A DNA stretch of 64,000 nucleotides. Origin: an uncultured Nitrospiraceae bacterium. Its GTDB lineage: Bacteria; Nitrospirota; Nitrospiria; Nitrospirales; Nitrospiraceae. Each line of letters begins with the position of its first letter. The first letter of the stretch is position 1. Below are positions 29,829 to 38,341 of the stretch, in pieces. The stretch covers positions 320,001 to 384,000 of the forward strand of contig CAVPLT010000004.1 in NCBI GenBank assembly GCA_963706325.1, written 5' to 3'. The notes beneath the pieces are model-generated. The model saw only the letters and a list, made by a program, of their open reading frames with translations, was not told the DNA's origin and made no database searches. The translations under genes were made by a program, and so were the position numbers.

Positions 29829-30809
29829 ATGCGGAACTTAAGTGAAGACCAAGCGACCCAGATGATGGGTATCGGCTACCTCGGCGAGGTGCGCCAGGGG
29901 CCGGATGGGAATCTCTATCAATATGTGCAAGGTGTGGATGGTCTGGGCAATCCCATCGGTGCTTGGTGGAAGCGATTAGTGCGTCGGGCACTACCCCTGG
30001 CCCGACAATTCGCCCCGTTTATTCCGGGCGGGGCTGCGGCGCTCACAGCAGTGACTCCGTTTCTGAAACAGGCCGGCGTGGAAGGGTCTGAGGAGCTGGG
30101 GGCTTTTCACGGACTGGCGGCGGGTGAAGAGCTTCAGGGTATAAGCGACGACGCCATGACCCAGCTGATGGGTGTCGGCTACCTCGGCGAAGTGCGCCAG
30201 GGGCCGGATGGGAATCTCTACCAATATGTGCAGGGTGTGAATGGTCTGGGCAATCCCATCGGCGGCTTTTGGAGCAGAATGAAGCGTGGACTAAAGGCCG
30301 TTCATAGCTTGGCTCAACGAGGGGCATCGTTTATCCCCGGCCCCTATGGAGCAGCGATAGCAACGGGTCTCAAGCTAGCGACCCCACTTCTGCAAAAAGC
30401 CGGTGTTGCGGGTCATGACGGGATGGGCGCGCTCTACCAAGCTCCAGATGGTTCGCTCTACCAGGGCGTTTCGGAGAATGAAGCATTGCAAGGACTTGAT
30501 GACGACGCGGAACTTCGGGGGCTAGAGGCGGATGACGAGTTGCATGGACTCAATGATGACCCGGAACTGCGTGGCTTCGATGAGGGCGAAGAACTGCGTG
30601 GTCTGAACGATGATATGGAGCTGAGGGGGCTGGATGATAGCGAGGATCTGCGAGGTTTCGATGCCGAGCCGGAGATGCAGGGGATGGAAGGTTACGTTCG
30701 ACAGGACGGCGTTAGCGGACTGGAAGCCTTCGTGCCGCAGGAGCCGCCGCAGACGCGTTGGCACGTGGTACCCGGCCAGACGCCAGAGGTATGGAAACCA
30801 TTGTGGTAA
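29829..30809 (+). CDS. Repeat-rich Gly/acidic protein (putative scaffold/core polyprotein)
   Basis: RBS GGGAGG; duplicated ~100 aa module; eight 9-aa acidic repeats. Confidence 0.8.
   Translation: MRNLSEDQATQMMGIGYLGEVRQGPDGNLYQYVQGVDGLGNPIGAWWKRLVRRALPLARQFAPFIPGGAAALTAVTPFLKQAGVEGSEELGAFHGLAAGEELQGISDDAMTQLMGVGYLGEVRQGPDGNLYQYVQGVNGLGNPIGGFWSRMKRGLKAVHSLAQRGASFIPGPYGAAIATGLKLATPLLQKAGVAGHDGMGALYQAPDGSLYQGVSENEALQGLDDDAELRGLEADDELHGLNDDPELRGFDEGEELRGLNDDMELRGLDDSEDLRGFDAEPEMQGMEGYVRQDGVSGLEAFVPQEPPQTRWHVVPGQTPEVWKPLW
29855..30262 (+). repeat. Intragenic direct repeat (29855-29959 and 30158-30262)
   Basis: Two near-identical 105 bp copies offset by 303 bp, encoding TQxMGxGYLGEVRQGPDGNLYQYVQGVxGLGNPIG. 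Confidence 0.95.
30477..30692 (+). repeat. Eight degenerate 27-bp tandem repeats (xxELxG[L/F]xx)
   Basis: NEALQGLDD DAELRGLEA DDELHGLND DPELRGFDE GEELRGLND DMELRGLDD SEDLRGFDA EPEMQGMEG. Confidence 0.9.
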
Positions 30810-30899
30810 GCCGAGCTGCTAGATTTCCATCGCGGATGTCGCCTGCGCATTCCGCAGGTACAACTAGGCGCTTAGGATACGAGTGTGGAGGTAATGACC

Positions 30900-31559
30900 A
30901 TGCGATTAGGGCTTAGTCAAGACCAGCAACAGGTACCCGTTCGTTCAGCGTCGGACATCATGCCGCTGCCGATTGCTGTGCCTACCACCAAAGAGATTCC
31001 CTACGACTATGTGGCCAAGTTCACGTTGCGAGGAATACGCGGCAATCGTGTACAGGATGTGATCAACATCAGCATCGAAGGTGGGTTTGTGACTGTGGCG
31101 ATTGGGTATAGCTTCATCCCGGCTAAGTTGCAAACTTCGAATACGGGAACTGCAAGTGTACTCAGCTCAGCGGCAAGTGACGGCGTGAGCGGGCTGATCA
31201 ATAGCATCCTATCTTTGGAGAACGATCCACGCATGCTGGCGCAATGCCTGCTCGTCCGACTCTGTGGAATCGATTTCAAGTACAGCATCATCGATAGCGG
31301 GAGCGGCCGTGAGTTGCAGAATCAGCCGATTCACAATATCGCCGGGCTGGGAGAGGCGACCGGCGAGCGGCCTTTCCGTCCACTGGCTAAACCTATGCTG
31401 TTCATGCCCCGCTCGACTATCCGTATTGAAGTTGAAGAAATCTCGGAGGGGCTGATTTATGGTTACGAGGACACGGTGACCAAACAGCGTGTTGGTGCTG
31501 AGCTTTTCATGGTGTTGCACGGCTACAAAATACTGGGGTACGGAACGGGGTTGTCATGA
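30900..31559 (+). CDS. Second putative jelly-roll structural protein
   Basis: GGAGG RBS; PYDY..F, FKYSIIDSGSGRELQN, PMLFMPRSTIRIEV, LFMVLHGYK echo the layout of 29135-29800; fold is inference. Confidence 0.5.
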   Translation: MRLGLSQDQQQVPVRSASDIMPLPIAVPTTKEIPYDYVAKFTLRGIRGNRVQDVINISIEGGFVTVAIGYSFIPAKLQTSNTGTASVLSSAASDGVSGLINSILSLENDPRMLAQCLLVRLCGIDFKYSIIDSGSGRELQNQPIHNIAGLGEATGERPFRPLAKPMLFMPRSTIRIEVEEISEGLIYGYEDTVTKQRVGAELFMVLHGYKILGYGTGLS

Positions 31560-32062
31560 ACTTGAACCATGCTTGCGATGTCCATCGAGACATCGGTTAT
31601 TCCAACGTCTGCCAGGTCTGCGGCGTTCCCTTAGATGCCGGGTATTTCGATGTCGCCAGCATTAAAAAGGCGCCACAAAATGTCGGAGATGAAGTCGAAG
31701 TCGCGCGCTACGAGCTAAACTCCCAGTATTGCGGCACCTTGCTCTATTTCACCCAGTATGCGGAACAAGAAACATCCAAGCAGCAAGTGATTCCCCATAC
31801 ACCTGGTTATGAGTGGATTGTTCTCTGCAACAACCAGCCGCGGGCTCCCTACCTGCCCACAAGTCTGATCTTGAACCCTTGGGGCGCCACCAACCTTTCT
31901 ATCGACCTCAGATTGGAAGAGGGATGTACCGTGAGGTTGGTGGTTAGAAAAGTTACGCCGGGAGCGGATGAAACAGAGGTGAAATTGTCTCAAGTAGGAG
32001 GCCGACTCCTGGGTCGCTCCTGGTACAACACCATCTATGGAGGCACGCCAAATCGCTTGTAA
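31556..32062 (+). CDS. Third putative jelly-roll (penton/minor) structural protein
   Basis: ATGA coupling; beta-rich pattern ending LRLEEGCTVRLVV...GGRLLGRSW; N-terminal CQVC. Confidence 0.45.
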   Translation: MNLNHACDVHRDIGYSNVCQVCGVPLDAGYFDVASIKKAPQNVGDEVEVARYELNSQYCGTLLYFTQYAEQETSKQQVIPHTPGYEWIVLCNNQPRAPYLPTSLILNPWGATNLSIDLRLEEGCTVRLVVRKVTPGADETEVKLSQVGGRLLGRSWYNTIYGGTPNRL

Positions 32063-32159
32063 AGAATAAGAGAGTGTTTAGATGAGAAGCATACGTTAAG
32101 CGCAGACAACATATCTTGGGAATTACGCCCATCGTGTGTACCGGAATTGCACTCCTAGA

Positions 32160-32321
32160 GCTCTATCTCATGCTGGCAATTGCCAGCCCAATGTATGCTG
32201 CAGGGGAATCCGTAGATGTAGCTGCATACCGACACAGGGCTCGGATGGGGCATTCCACGATTCAAATCGCAGAGTTAAATATTTTTCCATGACACATCAA
32301 CACTATCCATGAAACTCAACG
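32160..32321 (+). pseudogene. Degenerate duplicate of the leader and 5' end of the 34214 gene
   Basis: Aligns by eye to 34160-34317; ATG TAT changed to ATG TAG at 32216-32221, plus indels. Confidence 0.85.
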
Positions 32322-32440
32322 AGGATGTTGGAGTGAATTCCTCACCTGGCATGCTAAGACGATGATGAATGGTCTATTACAAGATTAACTCCTCAATCGA
32401 CCTTAACTTTAAGAAGACTACAAAGCCGGAGGATGACACC

Positions 32441-34117
32441 ATGTATGTTGCAACTGGCCTGGGAGAACGGCGCAGACCTCTATGCACAGGAAAGTCCAGC
32501 AACATGGTCCTGTCGAGCAATCCCCGACCCGGTGAGCGTTGGCATTTGTCGGGGCCGGCGCCGAGTTACCGGCCACCCATCGACAAGGGCGGACAGCCCG
32601 TCGACGACAGCCACGGCCATCATTTGCTCACGATTCTCGCCGGACCGTCGCGTTGGCAAACCTACCTGACACAGGCGATGGCCAATCGTGCGACGACGGT
32701 TCCGAGGAACTTCTTTCGAGTCGTCACGAGCCCAAACCAGGTCCCCAAGCACCTGCGGCATCTCTTTAGGCTCAGAAGCGACGGCAGCATGGTCGGCGGG
32801 ACGATCGACCGTTGGACGCGCACGATCTACATGGTTCCCGCGCCCGTCCTCCGGCAGGAAACACGGCTTGAATACGCGCTGCACGAAGCGGTGCACCTGT
32901 TCGCGGATCCGCATGCGCCGACAGAGGTGGCGTGCGCGGCGCCATGCATCGGGACCTTCCAGCGGCGGTACGGCGAAGGCTTCGGCGAGGGCCTCACCCA
33001 GGTGATCACCGAGGACATCATGAATGCGCAAGGCATTAGCCGTTATTATCGCGATCACCCCTATGACGTGTTCACCGCGCCAGTGCGGGAAGTGATCAGG
33101 ATCTTTGGTGTCGATCTGATGGCCCGTGCCTATTTCTTTGGCGACAAGGCTTCGTTGGAGGCGGCCATGAAGGCGCGCTGGAGTGATCGGTGGCAGCAGG
33201 TCGCGGGGCTGACGACGGTCAAAAACTCGAATGGAGCGCTCGCAGAGATCAAGAGGCTCGAAACCGCGTATGCCGCTGCCGCACGCCTGCGCCAGATGAT
33301 TCAGCAGGGACCGAGGGGTGATTTCCCGACGCCGTCGCGGACCCGGATGTTTGCAGGTTTTGGTTTCACGCCCACGCCCCGGCGCTTGAGCCCGCAGCCG
33401 CAGCCGCCGCGATTGAGCATCCTCACGATCGACAGCTTTGATGTTCAAAAGTCCACAATTAAGCCCGAGATGAGACCTGCGCTGGCTGGATTCGTCGATC
33501 ACGTGAAGGCGAGCTGGCAGTCGACGGGCCAGTCGATCGGCGTCGTGTGCCTGAAGGGACACACCGATTCAACCGGCCTCGAAGCGTTCAACCGAGGTCT
33601 TGGCGACCGGCGCGCGGAGGCGGTGAAACAACAAATCCTTGCGTTGCTCGGGCCGTTCATCAATCGAGTGCTTGTGGAGATCGAGGCCAGCCCGGGAAAG
33701 ACGCAGCCGAGGGCGAACAATAGCACCGCTGCCGGGCGCGCCGCGAACCGGCGCGTCGAGATCTTCATCGAGGGGCCGATTCCTTCTGCGTCAGATTGGC
33801 CGGGAGGGAAGGAGAAGACCACCAGATGGCCGCCTGACATTCCCGATCCCGACAAGGGCGAGGCGTGGGATCAGTTCCGGTTCAAGCGCGGCATCCCCGA
33901 AGATGCGCTAGGGGGAAGATCGGTCCAGGATTTCCTGACGAATCTCTGCGCGCCTGTGTTCGGGAAGCGCTGCAAGGGCTTCATCGACAAGGCCGTCGAC
34001 AAGGGATGCGAGGGCATCGCCGCGCTGCTTGAGCAGCTCGGCGGGCGTGTCACCGGGGCGCAGAAGGAAGAGGTCATGCAGCGGTGCCGCGAGGCGGCGG
34101 GCAGACGCGTGCGCTAG
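32441..34117 (+). CDS. HEXXH zinc-metallopeptidase-like domain fused to OmpA-like domain
   Basis: GGAGG RBS; ALHEAVHLF and downstream GEGLT; GHTDSTG..FN..L..RRAEAV..NRRVEI; starts MYVATGLGE. Confidence 0.8.
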   Translation: MYVATGLGERRRPLCTGKSSNMVLSSNPRPGERWHLSGPAPSYRPPIDKGGQPVDDSHGHHLLTILAGPSRWQTYLTQAMANRATTVPRNFFRVVTSPNQVPKHLRHLFRLRSDGSMVGGTIDRWTRTIYMVPAPVLRQETRLEYALHEAVHLFADPHAPTEVACAAPCIGTFQRRYGEGFGEGLTQVITEDIMNAQGISRYYRDHPYDVFTAPVREVIRIFGVDLMARAYFFGDKASLEAAMKARWSDRWQQVAGLTTVKNSNGALAEIKRLETAYAAAARLRQMIQQGPRGDFPTPSRTRMFAGFGFTPTPRRLSPQPQPPRLSILTIDSFDVQKSTIKPEMRPALAGFVDHVKASWQSTGQSIGVVCLKGHTDSTGLEAFNRGLGDRRAEAVKQQILALLGPFINRVLVEIEASPGKTQPRANNSTAAGRAANRRVEIFIEGPIPSASDWPGGKEKTTRWPPDIPDPDKGEAWDQFRFKRGIPEDALGGRSVQDFLTNLCAPVFGKRCKGFIDKAVDKGCEGIAALLEQLGGRVTGAQKEEVMQRCREAAGRRVR

Positions 34118-34213
34118 CGCCTTCCGCGCCGCCTTGCGGTCTAAGAAAAAAGGGTCGGTGCTCTATCTCATGGTCACAGCTGCCAGCCCAGTGTAGGTGC
34201 AGGAGAATTGAAA

Positions 34214-34951
34214 ATGTATGTGCGTACCGACACAGGGCTCGGATGGGATATTCCGCGATTCAAATCGCAGAGCGAAATGTTCCATGAACACATCAAGGCT
34301 ATCCATGAAACTCAACGTGGAGTTTCGTTAAGCCATGATCAATATCCAATTACTCGAAGGGACTCGAAAACAGGGATTGTGAATGCACACAATCGGTGGC
34401 TGTTTACTCCAAGCCGTCAAAATTTCAAAGGGTCAGGCGAAAAAGAAGGTAGTTTCTGCCTAGGGACAGCAAGAGGAATGGCATTCAGAAGCGTCTTTGG
34501 TCTCGAGCTACCAACATATCGCAAAGTGCTTATGGAGTTAAGAGAACGTATAGATACTGCAAAAAAGGATAAGGACATTAAGAAGGAGGCTGATGCACTC
34601 ATTAGCCGCACAGTTAGTCATGTTCATAAACGCGGAAGCATTGAACAATTTAATGCAGATTTAGAATCCAGATATGGCATCAAGAATGCGAAGATTAAGA
34701 GCAGCGAGTCATTAAAGGAAGCCCTCGATGCACTTAAAGCGGGCGCGCCAATCTTGGTGGACCTGAATGGCGGATGGCATTGGGTTGTAGTTCACAGGTC
34801 GCCAGACGGAAAGTTATGGAGTAATGACCCTTTAGAGAGCCGTGTAAAACCAATATCACCTAGTGAATTCGGCTCACGTTTCGAGATCATTGTAGATGCC
34901 AACACGGGTAAACCAATAACGCCAGATAAGGCGAGCAGTTATAAAAACTAG
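34214..34951 (+). CDS. Papain-like (C39-type) cysteine hydrolase
   Basis: AGGAG RBS; FCLGTA (Cys), L..G.PILV, WHWVVV (His), NDP; AT-rich; starts MYVRTDTGLGW. Confidence 0.65.
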   Translation: MYVRTDTGLGWDIPRFKSQSEMFHEHIKAIHETQRGVSLSHDQYPITRRDSKTGIVNAHNRWLFTPSRQNFKGSGEKEGSFCLGTARGMAFRSVFGLELPTYRKVLMELRERIDTAKKDKDIKKEADALISRTVSHVHKRGSIEQFNADLESRYGIKNAKIKSSESLKEALDALKAGAPILVDLNGGWHWVVVHRSPDGKLWSNDPLESRVKPISPSEFGSRFEIIVDANTGKPITPDKASSYKN

Positions 34952-35254
34952 AGTGCTGATAGATAGGTAATAGGGTTGGATGTGATTAATTCGCCTGTTC
35001 AGGCCTTGTAAGAAGCAAGTCGTCGACAGGGAAGCCGACTCAATACCTTCCCAATGACTGACAAAGCAAGCTGCGCTTGCCGGTTCGGCAGGTTACAGGC
35101 TGCGCTAAGCTCTCATGGACGCTCAATACACGTCGCTTGTTCGGAACTGGATGAACTCATCGTGTGATCTTCGTGGCTCTATAAACGCAGATGGGGATGT
35201 GGAGCGGGAGCGTCAGAGCGGCATTCAATTGGCGATTTAACCAAAGAGGCAGTC

Positions 35255-36340
35255 ATGTACGCGCTGATCGGTTTAGGAGAGCCCCAACCCACAGTCTCTT
35301 GCAGGGGGTGGGAAAAGGATCCGGAGAGCTTCAGTAAACGGGTGGCGGAACACTATGCGCGGACGGTGCTGGGAAAGTCCATGAGCGCAAGGCGGATCGT
35401 GCCGTATTATCCGTCCGGAGATAAGAGATTTATGGAGGTGCAATTTGCACCCGACCTGGCAGTAGGCGTCAGCTTCGTGAAGATCCCGGATTACGTCATT
35501 GCCCTTCGTTTGCGCGCACAGCCGCCCGGGCCCGCTCGCTACTACACGTATTCGTGCACGCCGGACGGAAATCTAATTCTGAGCGAGCAGAAGAAGCCCT
35601 CCGCCGTCCCAGCAAGCCCTACAATGCGGGTGGCTCCAGGTAACGCTGGGCGAACCGTTGGATGGTTGGGCGAAACAGCCCCGCAGTCGATCGCCCCAGC
35701 GTTCCGCTTTTTGTGCCCTCCTGGGTGCGCGCCGAACGCGACGAACGCGTGCATCGGGATCGTTCGCCGCGCGATTCAAGACGCGATTTGGCTGGCCGAG
35801 AATGCCGCCGAGCAACTTACGGCCCGCGACGATGAAGCCGTACGTCTATTCCGTTCCTTCTTTGGAGATCCAGAACGTCTCGTTCCCTGGGCAAACAATC
35901 GGCCCGCTGCCGATCTTGTCGCCGGTCGCTTCCGTGCCGTGGGCCGTGGGTTTCGGACGCGCGTGCCGCACATTCGCTGCGCAGTGGTTGGCCCTGGAGT
36001 AGAACAATGCGCCGGTGAAAACGCTTTTGCGCTGCCGCGTAGCGTGCCAACCGCTACCCTTCCGCTTCCGCGGAACACGATCCACCTTTGTCCGCCGTTT
36101 TGGAGCGTCGCGCCAGCAGGCACTGTCTCCAGATTCTGGCGGGCCGCCATCTTACTTCACGAAATGCTTCACCTGCTTTTCTGGGAATTTTTCGGGCACC
36201 AGGCAAATCTGCCTCGCACGGGTGATCCTGAAGAGCGGCGTCGAGACAATTCCCATTGCTACGAGGCATTTGCCCTACGCGTGGCCAAACAAGGAGCCGA
36301 TCCTAATGATGTCACGGTGTGCAATGAAAGGCCTTTTTGA
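35255..36340 (+). CDS. M35/aspzincin-like metallopeptidase with extra N-terminal domain
   Basis: TIHLCPPFW, ILLHEMLH, DNSHCYEAFA; starts MYALIGLGE. Confidence 0.7.
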   Translation: MYALIGLGEPQPTVSCRGWEKDPESFSKRVAEHYARTVLGKSMSARRIVPYYPSGDKRFMEVQFAPDLAVGVSFVKIPDYVIALRLRAQPPGPARYYTYSCTPDGNLILSEQKKPSAVPASPTMRVAPGNAGRTVGWLGETAPQSIAPAFRFLCPPGCAPNATNACIGIVRRAIQDAIWLAENAAEQLTARDDEAVRLFRSFFGDPERLVPWANNRPAADLVAGRFRAVGRGFRTRVPHIRCAVVGPGVEQCAGENAFALPRSVPTATLPLPRNTIHLCPPFWSVAPAGTVSRFWRAAILLHEMLHLLFWEFFGHQANLPRTGDPEERRRDNSHCYEAFALRVAKQGADPNDVTVCNERPF

Positions 36341-36605
36341 TTTCGCCATTCAAAGCATCGACGAGCGGACGAAAGCGCAGCCGAGGAATCAAATGGAGCC
36401 AGTATTCATTTCCCACCATGTTGCTGAGGACAACTTCAAGCAGAGCCGATGGCAGACAACAAAACCAGCGACGGCCGTGCGCAGAATCGTAGAGTGGAAG
36501 TCTTCATCACGACCAGACCTCTCTCGCCGCTCCACAGCCTCCGTCGCCGGTTCCTTCGCTTTGGCGAGATAGCGTTACAACTTAGGAATTAGAAGGAGGT
36601 TTGCC

Positions 36606-37781
36606 ATGTACGTGGGGACGAGAGATGCGTTAGGGCGACTCCCAACGTCATACATTTATGATTCTTCGATAAAGGGTATCGGACAGATATCGCCAACACC
36701 GATCCTTCTGCGGAAAGCTCTCCATTCGGAAACTGGCCCGTGGGATCCGGCGAGTGAGATCGAGCAGGCGCTAAAGGCCAAAAATTGGGGGAAGGCGTTG
36801 GAACTGGCGATCGAAGCGGGCCAGCGTGACGAGGTCGAACTGACAAATCTGATTTTATTCGCGCAGAATCCACAATTGCTTCGCACGTCGCTGGATCCGA
36901 AGGCGAAGAACTTCAAGACCCTGAGCGGGCAGTGGCGCACGATCCTGACGAAGGACGTGCGTTCGGCGATCGAACGGATGTCGGTGGACCATGACATGGC
37001 TGTGCACGGCAAGTTCGTCGCGGAGCGAGACCCGCAGTTTTGGGGACTCAATGGGAAAATCTTTCGTGACATCGTGCGATCCGTGGCCGCGGAAGTGGAT
37101 CTGAATCCGGGCTTCTTGTCTGCCGTGCTGCTGGCAGAGGTGGGGAGCGCCGCGCCGTACTTGAAGACGGGTCCGGTGTTCTCTTTCTTTACAGGAACGG
37201 ATGACTTCTTCGCCCAGCAGGAGCGACTGAAAACGCACGTTCCGGCGTTTGCCAACGTGCATTTCGACAAAACGAAGACCTTTGAAAACATCAACGAGAC
37301 GGGCCGAAAGGTAAAAAGCATCTTTTTTGATACCGGCAAAGATGCGGCGCGGGCGACGGCGGTCTATCTAGCGTATGCACGGCTCAAGTTACAGGTTGCG
37401 GCGAAGACGAATGGCGGAGATTTCGATACCCTGCCTGTGCAAGTGCAATTCGCGCTGATGCGGATTGCGATGGCAGCCGGGCACGGGGGAATCGATTTAA
37501 ACGGTAACTTTGTCTGGTTCCTGAAGAAGGATGGCAAATCCCTGCAGGTCAAGGCTGGGACAAAAGGGGCTGTGTTGGTTGGCGTCGCGCGTTGGCTGTA
37601 TCGCGTCCTGAAGGGTGAGGATATCTTTGTCCGAGACTGGACAGGCCGCACATTTCCGAGCACCGCAAAAGCGACGTCGCGAAACGCAACGATTCTGGTC
37701 GCGCAGGCGCTTCATTTGTCGGACTGGCATTTTGGGATTTCTTTGGTGCAGCGGCCGAAACGGCCGGTGCGTCCCTGGTAG
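36606..37781 (+). CDS. Putative lysozyme/transglycosylase-fold protein
   Basis: AAGGAGG RBS; IVRSVAAEVDLNPGFLSAVLLAE resembles SLT motif I with catalytic Glu; starts MYVGTRDALG. Confidence 0.5.
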   Translation: MYVGTRDALGRLPTSYIYDSSIKGIGQISPTPILLRKALHSETGPWDPASEIEQALKAKNWGKALELAIEAGQRDEVELTNLILFAQNPQLLRTSLDPKAKNFKTLSGQWRTILTKDVRSAIERMSVDHDMAVHGKFVAERDPQFWGLNGKIFRDIVRSVAAEVDLNPGFLSAVLLAEVGSAAPYLKTGPVFSFFTGTDDFFAQQERLKTHVPAFANVHFDKTKTFENINETGRKVKSIFFDTGKDAARATAVYLAYARLKLQVAAKTNGGDFDTLPVQVQFALMRIAMAAGHGGIDLNGNFVWFLKKDGKSLQVKAGTKGAVLVGVARWLYRVLKGEDIFVRDWTGRTFPSTAKATSRNATILVAQALHLSDWHFGISLVQRPKRPVRPW

Positions 37782-38341
37782 ACGAAGACACCACTTATAC
37801 GAGAGCGGATCAGCTTGGAGCGAGAGTCCGCCAAATAGGAGAGGTCGACCTCGTCCTCGTCTGAGCCGAAGCTGGCATCAACCGCAGACTTCATCCCAGC
37901 GAAACAGGTGATGTAGGGAAAGGGAGAAGACGTATGACAACGATGGCTTCATCACCGCATGGTGCGAAGGTATGGAGGCACCTGGGCATAGGGAGTGCTG
38001 CCCGCAGGCGGTAAGCCGTTGGTGCCCATGTATACTCGTCCCACACGCTGCGAGGGCCGTGCACATGTATCAGGCAGTACGCGCCAACCGCGTGGGTGAG
38101 CTTGGTACACGCTCGAGTCTCAGCTAGGGTAGCCGGTTCTGTCCTAATCGATGTTCCTATGCGTCGCATCGGGTGTTTGGCAATCGGGCTGGCCGATCTG
38201 CGCGACTGGACTCAATTCAAAATGTTCTGCCGTGGGAGTTGTATGTCGCGCACGGGTCGCTCAAGTATCGGGGCTTGAATGGAAAAGTGACCGTTCTCGC
38301 GTCGGCGTAGGATGCGCCCTCCTACGAAGTGGAGGTTAAAG

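Noticed and set aside
30477..30692. Possible CRISPR-like periodic repeat
   Set aside because: 27-bp in-frame coding repeats with synonymous divergence, no unique spacers and no cas genes
30842..30858. Hairpin CCTGCG-CATTC-CGCAGG as terminator
   Set aside because: Only a 6-bp stem without a U tract; at most an mRNA stability element
26906..32062. T6SS, eCIS, tailed prophage, encapsulin or BMC locus
   Set aside because: No recognisable sheath, tube, VgrG, baseplate, terminase, portal, HK97-type or BMC shell sequences
32369..32440. Upstream start for the HEXXH-OmpA gene
   Set aside because: GGAGG is positioned for ATG 32441, which also yields the shared MY..GLG terminus
32480..33562. 360 aa reverse-strand ORF
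   Set aside because: Antisense shadow of the GC-rich 32441-34117 gene, no motifs
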